Assembly: GCF_964204645.1 (NCBI RefSeq)
Contig: NC_134025.1
Location: forward strand, 19,319,101 to 19,383,100
Source: Tubulanus polymorphus
Lineage: Eukaryota > Animalia > Nemertea
DNA length: 64,000 nt
Reading direction: 5' to 3'
Part shown: positions 15,201-27,200 of the stretch, in pieces
Position numbering within the stretch: position 1 is the stretch's first letter
Layout: every line of letters begins with the position of its first letter
Notes under the pieces: generated by a model
What the model was told of the DNA's origin: nothing
The model's database searches: none
The model's input: only the letters and a program-made list of their open reading frames with translations
Position numbers and translations under genes: made by a program

Positions 15201-18200
15201 TCTGAGTAAGTGTTTAAGCTTATTATTATATATAGTATACTCAGATTTATCGTCAGAGTTACGAGATTTCAAATACTTTTTATAGAGGGAATTCTTACGT
15301 TTAATCGATATAAGAAGCCCTGGAGTTAGCCACTTATGGTTATTTTCCTTATTTCGAGCCGAGGGTTGTTCACACAATTTGAGGGGAAAGAAATGATCGA
15401 ATAATTCTTTGTACATAGATAAAAACACGGTATATGAAGACTCAGGATTAGGGTCACCAAGCACTGGATCCCAGTCAGTTTTTGAAAGCGCATCACAAAA
15501 TAATAAAATAGATTTTTTAGGATAATGGCGCCTGAAAAAAGAGTCTCTAGTGGGTTGACAGGTAGTAATATCAGAAAATACGAAAACAGGCAAATGATCT
15601 GAAATGTCAAAGGTGAGTAAACCCGGTACATGTTTACTCAATGGTATGTCATTTGTGAAAATATTATCTATGACTGACTGAGAGTTTTCAGTTATTCGAG
15701 TGGGTTTATCATTTAGCGGTAGAAATGATAAGGAGCACATAGAATCAAAGAAATGTTGTACTCGGGAGTCTTCGTTATAGTCAAGGAGGTTTATATTGAA
15801 GTCACCCAGTATATAAAATTTACGATTACTAATCAAAGGCCAGGATTCAAGTTTATCAATAAATGATTGGTTAAAAGAGTTGATATCAGGACCCGTCCTG
15901 TATACAACGCCTACAACTACATTCTTAATTTCAATGAATAAAGATTCATATACATTATTACAAACACATAAATCAGTAAGGATTTTATATTGAATGTTAT
16001 TCTTTATATACAAACAGACACCACCACCATTGCTAAATGATCGGCTTTGAAATTCACAGTTATATCCGTCAAGGTGATATAGCGCATTATTGTTGTCATT
16101 TAACTTAGTCCACGTTTCAGTCACTGCTATAATATCGAATACATGACTTATAGATTTTAAGTTACTTTTTAATTGACTAAAGTTTTTATTAAGACTGCGA
16201 GAGTTAATATGAATTAAACTAAACTTTCGATTAATAGGGAGGAACTTTTCGTTGAAGTCAGCAGAGCAAAAGTACTGACTAGAAGAACAAGAAAATTCGG
16301 TATCTTCAGAAGTATCAAGTGCTATTTTTTTTTTATTTAATACTGGCTTTTTTTACAGACTGGCTTACGCTGGGCGAGGGCGTAGACCTGTCACTACGAT
16401 TTCGTTTTTTGCCTGATTTCGCAGGAGTCACAAACGTGTCACCATCATCCTCTCTGGTGATTGATGATAAAAAGTTATCAAGAAGGGCGTTTTTTCCGCT
16501 ACGACAAATATGGATACCCGAACTATCCGACATCGCGTAATACTGCTCGAGTACGGTGCCCTGTGGCTTGAAGACGCGGTTATTATCAATGAATGGTATT
16601 CCTTGTTGTTCGCATAGTCGCATAGTGTACGAATTTACGAGTTAATTACTTCGTTAATTTCATTTGATTTACTGCTATTTCCTCTCTTTGGGAGTATCGA
16701 CGACACATGAATTTTAGCGTTTCGGAAGCGTTCCATTGTTTTAGCGATCGAGGTTGAGGTATTGACCTTCACCGAGTCGGGATCCTTTTTGTGCCTGTTT
16801 ACATCGCACGTACCCAAATGGATAATTACGGTATCGATCTTGTCAGGGTCTAGGACTGGTTCGCATAGCGATATCAGGTGTTTCTCAAAGTTTTCAAAAC
16901 CTCCACCAGGTGCACAGACGACATGGAAATCCTCACCAAACTGGATGTCTCTGATATTGGAGTCTCCGATTACTATTTTAGTTTTTTCTACATTTTCTAT
17001 AGCAGGTTGCCTTTCAGTTTCAGTCATGTTGTCAGGTAACAAAATATTCGGATTTTCCGGGGGATTATGATCTGAACTATCGATCAGCACGGGGCAGTCG
17101 CGCTTGATGTGCTCGACTGAACCGCAGTTAAAGCATTTGCGCGGTTCAATTCTAGGCGGTTTGAGAGCGCAATGATATGACGAGTGATCAGTGCCACCAC
17201 AGTGCGTACAATTTGTACGATTCTCATCACAGTATAATCTTATATTAAAATCTCCAAACTTTGTGTACGTGGGGATAACTTCAGACACATCACACAATTG
17301 CAAATATCGAGTCCCAGTAAATATTTCTGTCCCTTTGATTTTCCCACGTTTGATAGATCCAGCAATATAGGTCCCATATTTGCTCATGAATGAAACGATC
17401 GTTCTGTCATCGAGTTCGATTGGCGCATCAACCACCTTAATCGAAACTACGTTTTTTGTGACATCATGAAGGGAAATGTCTGTGTCTTTGATTATGAGAG
17501 GACCACTACACAGAGCTCTTTTCGAATCGGCATCTTTAACAGTTATTATGCACTGTTTCGGTGTCAGTTGAATAGCCAAAATGTTACTCACATCAATCCG
17601 AACATTTATTCCATTAATAATATCCTGATGAGCCAGCTTTCCCCTATACTGGGATAAGTTAAAGGCTATAGATAAATCCCTGTTGATATTAGACATTGCT
17701 GCACTTATAATACACCGAAAATAAGATAAATTCTGAAGAGCACGGTCAGTGAACGTGTCCACTATCCGCCATTTTGTGGATAGTCTGGTGGGGAATGGTA
17801 GATCGGTCGAAGTATCCAACACTTTGCAAGATGGCAACTACTCTGTTGTCTATATTCCACGGACCACAGGTGAGTTTAACATTTAATTTCATTCCATGAA
17901 TAACTGCTATTAACAAAGTCATTGTACGAAATCTAATTCAATTTTATTTCTACCGTAGGTCGAGTCCAGCTTTAATGTTATGGGTGACATTTTACACAGC
18001 AAGGCCAGTAACACTAGTATACGCACGTATGCTGCCTATCAAGCAATAAAATTTCGCCTTCATTCTCGTGAAAAAACGGCAATAGAATTCTTCAGAAATG
18101 CTCCTCAGCTAGTTGCAACAAACATACAGAATTCTTCGCGGATTTACAGAAATGAGCTAAAAGAGCTAAAAGAGGCAAAAGAAAACAGAGAAAAACTACT

Positions 18201-21200
18201 CAAAATAAAGAGAAATCTCGAAACAAAAAAGACACAAAAAGCTAAATGCCAGGAAGCCGCAAAAAGAGCACGTGAAATACACATCAAAGCCCAGAAACGA
18301 AAAAGTAGGGCGAGAGTGTTGGAAGAACTGGCGAAAAAGCTGAAAAAGAACTAGCCTAACTGTAGGCCTACTTCTCGGACTTTCCGTTCATTTGTATTGT
18401 GTATTATCTTTTAGTTCAATAAATGTTCAGCTGGAATTTCTATCAAAATCGCTGAGGAATTATGGTGGGATTCGAATCTACAGTCTGTCGCTGTGATCCA
18501 ACTCGCGCTGACCAATCGGCATCCTTCTTACAGATGAGTCTTACTGTCTGTCACACATGCTCTTCGTGCAACGTTTTGGTCCGTAATTTCGTTAATAATC
18601 GGTTGATCTGTAAATATTATGCATCAATTTGTTCAGTAAGGAAATTGCATGCAGAAATAAATCATGAACTGGCATAGATTTGTTTGTGTTTTCTTCTATC
18701 AGCGATAGTTAACGCTCGCGTAATGCTGAAAAACGGCTTTTATGGCCCGTCACGTGGCGCCACCTACTGTATTTTGATATGCTAATGAGCAGGTGATTTT
18801 CAGCATAACGCGAGCGTATGCTGAGTAAACTATCGCTCATAAATGAAAACAAAAACAACTTTAGTGAAAATTGTTGTTTATTTCTGAATGCGCATTCCTC
18901 ACTGAACAAATTGATTGTCTATTTCCTGGTTAGAATTAGGAACATCGTTTTTATCCGAAATGCTCTAAAATCGCTCTCAGGGCAATGAAAATTCAAAATT
19001 TTTCTGGGGGAGGGCCCCCAAAACCCCCACGAGTGACTTCGCGCCTACGGCGCTCGTTTGATTGCAGCTTTCCTGCAATATGAGATGAGTTCCGGATTTT
19101 TGATAAAAATGAAATCACATCCCTGGGGATATCAAAACTAGATGAATCATTGAACACATCATACACAATAATTCGTTTTGTCATACACCTTGAGTATCAG
19201 GATTCGCACTAGAAATAATGAATATCAACTTCTTCAATCGTGCCATCATTTTGTTTGTGAAATAACGCGCACCAGTTGATCCACCTCGTTCAATGTTATG
19301 ACGTCATGATGGAAGTCAAAACTGGGTCAACACAAATTTTATGTAACCAAGTTTTTGAGGGGTTTCGTCTTTGAAAGCCCATAACTACTGAACAAAGCGT
19401 AGGATCTTGGCGATATTAAGGTCTATCGATGCAAATAGCATTGGATTTTCACATGTGTGATTTTGGACAGGTAAAGATGCTGCATAAAAAAAGGCGCTCA
19501 AATAAATCGAATTTTTGAAACTGGTAAATTTCTCAAAAAATATGAAACCCACAGCTTTCAACTTTGCGCACCATAAAGAAAAACCAATTAGGAAATATAT
19601 TTTTGCTTAATCCGTTAATTTCGCCCAGTAGTAGTGAAATTACAGGCTACTGAAATTGCGTTTGAGTGTGCTTAAAATAGATTTGAGCGTAGTGTATTAA
19701 GCATACGAATGATTATCGAGCGGCCAGACCGTTGACATAAGCTCGCTAACGCGAGCCACAAATATTGACCTCGCGACGAGTATAATAGTTCGCTGCTAAG
19801 TATTTTCAGGTCAAAAATGTTAATCAACAATGTTTTATTACAAATTCTACAAAACAGAAATTAACGCACATCTTCTGCTATAACAGTTTAAATGATTATT
19901 CATGATAAACAAAGATACCTTATCAAAAAAGACTTTCATTTGAATGCCACTTGAAACAATGCATTCATACGCCGCTATAGCGTGCATTACTTTCTGTATC
20001 ACTGTATTATAATAGTGTATACTATGCGAGTGTGTTCAGCACTTGCGCACGTGATTGGATATAGAAGGCAATCAAAACAACTAGTCAATGAAACGATTAC
20101 CGACTGCGGATGTATGTGAAATGTATTCTATCAAATTCTCACAAACTGAAATTCGTTCTACACTATTTTATCTTCCAGTAATTCCAAAAAAAAATTTCAG
20201 TCGGCACCTTTTTGACAGGGTGGGTGGGAAACCATAAACAGGTATATTTCTTTGGGCTAAGACAATGACGAGATAAATCCCAGCCAGGCCACTATTGACA
20301 CTGCCAAATTCCCGGAATTTCCTGTATATCCCAAAAACAGCCAATTACATTCGTGTGTATATGTCCCAATCAAGGACATTGCAATTTTATATGCAAGGGC
20401 TAAGATTTTTCCCACCAAAAACAGATTTTTTGAGAAATTTTAATTAGGCCGACCATGACATCAACGGAGGTTTGCCATGTCTTCAATCGCATCAATCATA
20501 AGTCGTTTAGGTCGAGAACCAATGAAACAAATGCTCACATTTAAAAAATGTACCGCGATTTTACATAATAGGCTCAATGTTTCAAGAAATGACAAGTAAT
20601 TCATCTTATAGATGGTTTATGCCTCATGTAGCACATCTAGAAAAGTCAAATAGAATTAGAATGCCCTAAGGAAACCGTTTAAGAAATCGAATGGTAGTCG
20701 AATTGCTAGTTGTTAAAGCTTACAAATTTGTGAATGATATTGCTGATATTTCAGTGTACATTGCTGTATATTGTGACACAACATCCTGCAAACTATGAGT
20801 AATACCAAAGTTTTCTGTAACGGGAACACTGCTCCTACTCACCTGCAATGCGACAACAACAGAATTGGAATGCGTTTGTACATGTCGACCATTCAAACCT
20901 TTCTGTGCTTTTGAAAGCTGAAAAAATTGAAACATATAATGTATTTTTTCTGAAAGTACTACAGTTCAACACTAAATCACTAAACAGTTCATGTCTTTTC
21001 CTAAGAAATTATGACTCACCTCCTGTAATTTGGCAATCTGTTTATTCAAGTCTCCAATATCTTGTTTTATTATATAAGTTAGTTCCTGTATGTCCATTGG
21101 CTTATCATCAAATATTGATTTCCTCTTAGCAACTAAAATAGAAAGTCACAAAGTCCCATCCAATTTCTCCTGGTTTTCACTGCAATAACACATATGGAGG

Positions 21201-24200
21201 GAATGATGGGAATGAAATAATCTTTTCACAGGAACGAAAAGTTTTTTCGAAAGAATGAAATATTCTACAGGACGACTTATTGCAAAACTCACCTAAATTA
21301 GACAAATATTTTATCCCCCAAATCCCAAAAATAAAGGCAATTAAAATTTCTTACTCAAGCGCTTGTCATTTTATATGGCAACTTTCCTAGTGTAAAGAAA
21401 ACAGACTCGCCTGCATATCAAATGAATTATATTAATTCTAAATTGGTCAGTAAAAGTTTATGATTCGCCATGTCATGTATCTATAGTGTTTTTTAATCAA
21501 ATTTTTTCCAGTTAAACCCCTAAGTCTGACTTGTTCATAATGCCGGGAGAATCAATCGTAAGATTTTCATCCCTGAAACTTAAAGCAACAAGTGATGCTC
21601 ACAAAAATCCCAAGTGAGATTCATGGAATTGCCTTGATAACTTAGATGTATTGTTTCCACAACAAGTGTTCATGTTTGCCATCTCCAACTTTGCTATAAT
21701 TCAAGGTAAACAAATAACCCTTTCAGTACGCCTACACCGCAGTGCAATGTATGAATTGGTGATGGATTTTGCTAGTACACTTCACTGCGGCGTATTGATG
21801 TAATTAGTAATTAGTTTTATCTCTATTGAAAATTTAGTGAAATACTAGTACCGTAAAAACCGGCGTATAAGTCGAGTTTTTAACCCTTGATTTTACCACT
21901 AAATTATTGACCTCGACTTATACGCCGAGTACAGTTTTCTACCAAGTATTTTCAGGTCACAAGGAATATTGATTCTACCAGACAAAAAGACAGTGTTCAT
22001 CTTCTTACTGCTATAACAGTTTGAATAACTAGGGGTCCAGGGACACCATGCCCACTTGGGAAGTGGTTTCAAATGCTCAAAAATCTAACAATTTCAACAT
22101 TCAACGCCCCCTGGTGACCATTTACAAAACCAATGACTTTGAAACTCACCACAATCATAGAACATGTCAGCAGCTACGATTCTGTAATTGATTGTGATAA
22201 CAAAATATGCCTCGTTACCAATTTAATACGGAACTACTTAGTCATTCTACTATTCAACGCCCCCTGGTGACCATATAGAAAAACTTATGTCCTTAAAACT
22301 CGCAACAATCATAGATGATGTCATGAGCTACAACTTTCCAATTGATTGTGGTTACAAAATATGCAAAGGTACGAATATAATAAAGAAATGCTAAGATATT
22401 GTATTATTCAACGCCCCCTGGTGGCCATATACGAAATCCAATTACCTTGAAACTCACCACAATCATAGAACACGTTATGAGCTACAACTTTCTAAATGAT
22501 TGTGGTAGCAAAATACGCTTAGGTATCAATATAATGTGGAAAAACTTTTCCCCGCTTACGAATGAGTACTGGAGACACCAAGATGGCCGCCAATTGCGTC
22601 ATAATTGGCTGATGAAAAATACCTGTCTCAGGTATAAAACATCCCTTTCCAAAGAATACCCATCACAAATTGTAATGAGAAATGGCAAACCAGTAGGAAG
22701 CTACAGGACTCAGAATTCGGGCCAAAATTAACATTTTTGGGCACTAAAAAGGTCATAGGACGGCCATCTTGAGTCCGACCGACCCAATTTTTGTTATGTT
22801 GATGGGCCCTGGGGGGATTCACATATATCCAAAAGATCAAGGTAATTGATCAAAGCGTCTTCAAAATTTCCCTCAAAAAGTTCAAAAATGTGTAAAAAGT
22901 GCTGATTTTGGCGAACAACAATGGCTGCCAGTCGGCCATCTTGATTCTGACAGGGCCAGTTTTTGGGCTGAAGATGTGTCTAGGGTAGATACATGTGTAA
23001 CCCAAATATCAAGACGTTACCTTGAAGCGTCTTCAAAACTTCCCAAAATAACCGGATTCCGTCTATGGACGGACGGACGCTACTAACGCACGAACGGACG
23101 GACGACGGACGAAAAGTGAACGCAATAGCCCGCTGGGACTAAAGTCCCAAGTGGGCTAATTATTCATGATAAATAAAGTTATTTAATGAAAAAAACTTCT
23201 TTCGTTTAGACACAGCTCCATTTAAAACGATGTATTCATATATGCGCGCTCATAGCAGCGCTTAATACATCAGGCTATATATAGCGTGTGACTCACACTA
23301 CTGTATCACTGTATGGTAGTGTATTATACCTGAGTGTGTGTGTAACAGTCTATTGATTAACACACAGCAACAATCAGGCTGACTCGCAGCGGCGTGCGTG
23401 AAGGCGCACATCGTTATCAAGACAAACTATTCAATGATACAAGTAATTATTCTTCTAAGAGAAGGGACTCGACTTATAAGCCGGATATATGTTAAAATCA
23501 TGAAATGTAGGTCTAAAAATCGACCTCGACTTATACACCGCGTAGACTTATACGCCGGTTTTTACGGTAACTAACGATAAAACGCGCCGCGGTGTAGACG
23601 CACTATAGTGGTATTCCCGTTATTAAACACACTAGGGTGGAATTTTTCAAAATTTTCAAATTATCTCCAGCACTATAGGGTATTGATTAATCAGCACTGA
23701 AAGGGTTAAAAGTAAATTTGTTTATTTGTAATTTGTCCAGATAAATGTAGCGAAATCATTAGTCTGAATGGATTTGGCAAAAAATTGGGCGATCCAGTAT
23801 TTCATGACAAATTTTTAGTTGTCTGATTCTAACATGTTAGAAATATTTGCTTAGATTTGCTTCAATGAAGGCATTGATTCATGCAATTTGCATGATCCAT
23901 GGGCAATGTAAATCTAGTAACTCAGAACTAGGGGTCTAGGGACACCACGCCCACTATGAAAGTGGTCTGAAATGAATCTAACAATTTCAAAATTTCACGC
24001 CCCATGAAGCAATAAACCAGTAAACTTGAAACTCATTAAAATAACAGCATATCTCATGAGCTATAGTCCTTACTTAAAATTAAATTTGGTAACAAAATAT
24101 CCATAGATCCTAATACAATAAATGTATGAAGAAGCTAATAAGTTTAAAAATCACCAAAATCATTGAAAAGGTCATGATCTGCAACTTTGCTATGGATTGT

Positions 24201-27200
24201 GATTACAAAATATGCATGTACAAATAATTGAAAGATAATAATTTTGAATTTCCATTCTCAATTCCATGTGAGGAGATATGTCCTGTGATAGTGCACACAA
24301 ATCCATGAGAATTAATACACACACGCAGATGTCGAGACGCCTTCATGAATCTGTGTCGAATTACACCGTCATATAACCTATTGTAAGCCCTATACAGGGT
24401 TCATAGCCTCCAGGCCCAACTTAATTCAAGTACTTTCAAGGACCTATTTCAACAAAATTCAAGTACTATTTTCTGAAAAATACCATATAAACACTAGTAT
24501 TTAAGGCGAATTTATTGCAATGAAAATTCCTTTATTGCAGAAATTTAAAAGAAGTACAAACGCAAATCATCATAAAGAAACATCCACGCGTAGCAGAGCA
24601 CTTGATAACTTTGGAATCTTTCAGCTTTATTTTAAGAAAGATTTACTACATGTATCAGAAATTAATAACTTAAAAACAAGAAATGTGTGGGCCTTTCAAC
24701 GGAACTACAGGTAGACCTCGCCATCAAATAGCCATACTATCGAAAGCAAAAATAACAAAATTATACAAAATTAAATTACAGCTCATCGACCTATTTACAA
24801 TCGATTAATTTGCTCCTTTTGAGTTTCGATGGCTGAAATTACATCGGCCAACTCATGTGACTTGTCTTTAGCCAAATTTCTCATGGTCACAGATTTTAAA
24901 ATGAGCTCATGAGTTTCACTTTGTTTGCGAGATTTCACCTAGCTTCTGTTGAAATTGGTCTGCGTTGAATCAAACTTTTGTATGATTCATGCACTAACCA
25001 GGCGTCAGAGAAATGGCACTTTCCCATACTAGCCTATCTAATTTTGAATCCAACAAATTTCGATGACCGGCTTAAACGTCTAAATGATAACAGCTTAACG
25101 CTTAATCATGATCAGCTTGGGATACCCTGACATAAAAAATCACTTTTCAATAGTTAATGCTCCAAAGATCGTCAAAATCAAGAACGGTCTTTATATTAAT
25201 TTGAGGTCATTATTTACTACCAATAATCTATTTAGAATTATTTTGAAGTATTTTGTGTGTTTATTTCATCACAATGGCATTTGTATATACGCGGCGCGCG
25301 ATAGCGGTAGTGCCGCCACATGTCTACTAATAGATTTGTATACGCATTGTCAGCAGTGAGCCACGTGCCTAATACATTTGTACTGTATATATATACACAA
25401 GCCAGCAGTGTATACGAGTCTATAGCACGCTGACAGTACAGAGTCACAGCACTCTCACACGTGGTTGGCAGTGCGCGGGCGTATTGAAGTCAATACAACA
25501 AACTAATTGACAAAATTTGGACAACATTAAAAATTCAAGGACTTCCAATGATTTTTACTGAAATTTTGAAAATTCAAGCATTTTCAAGGCCTTGAAAACG
25601 CATTTTGTGATTCAAGCACTATTAAGCACTTTCCAGGATCGCTACGAACCCTGCTATATTAATAAGATATTCTTACAAATAATTTCCAAATGTTCAAAAT
25701 CTCACACAACACAGGCAGAACCACATCATTCACTGGTATATAACGTTGTCATGATATATTCATAGATGCTGAGAACAATTCAATCAGCACGTTGGAAGCA
25801 TTTTCATTGCTGCTGCCAGTTGCCGATTTTTGACAGGTTCTTATATTGCAGCAGTGAATTTACTTCAATGTTGTTAAAAACATTAGTATATATAAAACAA
25901 GCATCATTAAGTCAATTAATGCTGCGGCAGCAGTGGCCACAGTTCCAACGCCAATGTCAAAAATACATCATCATATACGATGATGCACTATACCGGTAGG
26001 CCAACATGTATGTTGCATCCTTTATAGGCCTATACACAAGCCCGTCGAAGGGGGGCCTAGGGGTTACCGAACAAACCCCCTAAAATTTGTCATAGTGCCT
26101 TTTCTTTCAAAATATTAGTGACAAGATTTTTCAAAATTTGGGTACAATTTTTTGGGGTATTTTTGGGAAATTGAAAGTATCCATTCTCAAATGATTTATT
26201 CAGGTTCCTGGGCACTTCGTATTAAAGATCGGTCCTTATTCATGGTAAAGAGTCCTTTTTCTTGAAACAGAACTGCCCCTCAAAAAAGCTCGGCACTGGC
26301 CTGATACATAGGTGTATTCCAAACAAAAGCCATTTTTACTTACGTATTGTCAGCTTCTCAAGTTTGGAAAACGTATTTGCGATGTCTTTGCCTATTTTCC
26401 TTAAAAAAAAAAAATGGAAGTCTAAATGAGATATAGAAAAAGTAAGATACGTAGAAAAAGTAATGGTATAGCCAAGATGAAAGTATAAGCAATTTTTTTT
26501 ATCATGGGATACAACTGAAGGAATACTTGGCTTGGAGTGAAAGAATGAAAGCATGATGTGATGACACAAGGTGACCTATATTTTGTGCTACACTCGACTT
26601 CGCTTAAGTCAGATCCATTTGATAGAATGAAGAAATTTGTCCACCTTTATCAATAGTAATCCTATTTCTAAGCTATATAGGGTCGGAAAAACATATATCT
26701 GTATCGAACGATACATATCGAGGAGAAACTACATGAAACTACATGTACTAGAATCTTATAATAATCTTGACCATTGTTTACACATTCCGACTCGCCATGG
26801 TTTACAACCCTGCCACATTAGCCCGTGTGCAGGTAAATGAATCCCTGCTGAGGACGCCTATCATGTAGCATCAGTATTTTTCAGGTGGTGAACAATCGAA
26901 TAGATTGTACAATGTTTTGTGTATTTATCCAACCCGTACTGTGTGGTGCAATAACTGAATGAATAACTTAATGTTTGTGAAACGGTACATAAAAGAAACT
27001 GACCTCGCAATCTGTGTGAATTCACTACGTTGCCGCAGAGCCCGGTGATTTTGTGAGGCCAATGCTCCATTTCCCTGAAAATTAAAGAAGTCTCCATTAG
27101 GCTAAACAAAAATGATACCTTGTTTCTCAGTGGCCGGGTCATTTTTGGAAAAATTTATAAAATTTGTAATCAGTTCATTTCTATAGCTGCTGGGTCTGTT

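Larger units (their letters stand above)
13160..17782 (-). mobile_element. Near full-length non-LTR retrotransposon (L2/Crack/CR1-group LINE)
   Basis: Two ORFs; 3' AATAAA (13181-13186) followed by a TA-rich tail; inserted in the transposase codons GAT GT|C TGG TGG with only a 2-nt overlap and no long TSD. Confidence 0.9.
9201..18354 (+). pseudogene. hAT-type transposase pseudogene, intron-containing and interrupted
   Basis: Segments: 9201-9856 (BED-like finger WCRICQD..KHL, in-frame TAG at 9450, FCLNIDE); 10467-10572; 11833-12930 (MDSC, CHHLH, RWLS; frameshift ~12664); ~13070-13159; 17783-17869 (WW..KYPTL..LLSIFHGPQ); 17960-18354 (VESSFNVM). Removing the MITE, HINE and LINE restores the reading frame. 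Confidence 0.85.
8609..19125 (+). mobile_element. hAT-superfamily DNA transposon with 6-bp TSD (hAT6-like), inactivated by nested insertions
   Basis: 14-bp perfect TIR CAGGGATGTGATTT (8609-8622 / 19112-19125); GGGATA duplicated on both flanks; internal transposase pseudogene. Confidence 0.88.
7770..19757 (-). mobile_element. Second Helentron-like family (~1.5 kb of own sequence) hosting the hAT element
   Basis: Left end has hairpin GGACC-AAT-GGTCC followed by GGCTCGC; right end has GCTCGC-TAAC-GCGAGCC. This is the same end architecture as HINE family 1. Confidence 0.5.
21718..23705. mobile_element. piggyBac-type MITE hosting mariner MITE + HINE
   Basis: TIR CCCTTTCAGT(A/G)C, flanked by ATAA / TTAA. 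Confidence 0.65.

Noticed and set aside
13840-15631. Overlapping ORFs 13840-14079 (+) and 15326-15631 (-) within LINE ORF2
   Set aside because: Shadow ORFs of the RT coding sequence with no independent motifs
17697-17837. N-terminal 47 aa of ORF 16635-17837 (TTG start)
   Set aside because: It extends past the LINE 5' junction into the antisense of a transposase exon; ORF1 more plausibly starts at ATG 17696
17980-18354. Stand-alone lysine-rich coiled-coil gene
   Set aside because: It is the last exon of the hAT transposase (spliced HGPQ|VESSFNVMGDIL)
22399-22840. Similar short ORFs recurring at 11327, 22399, 22628 and 51237 as a possible small-protein family
   Set aside because: All lie in HINE copies, frames and stops differ among copies, and no domain motifs are present
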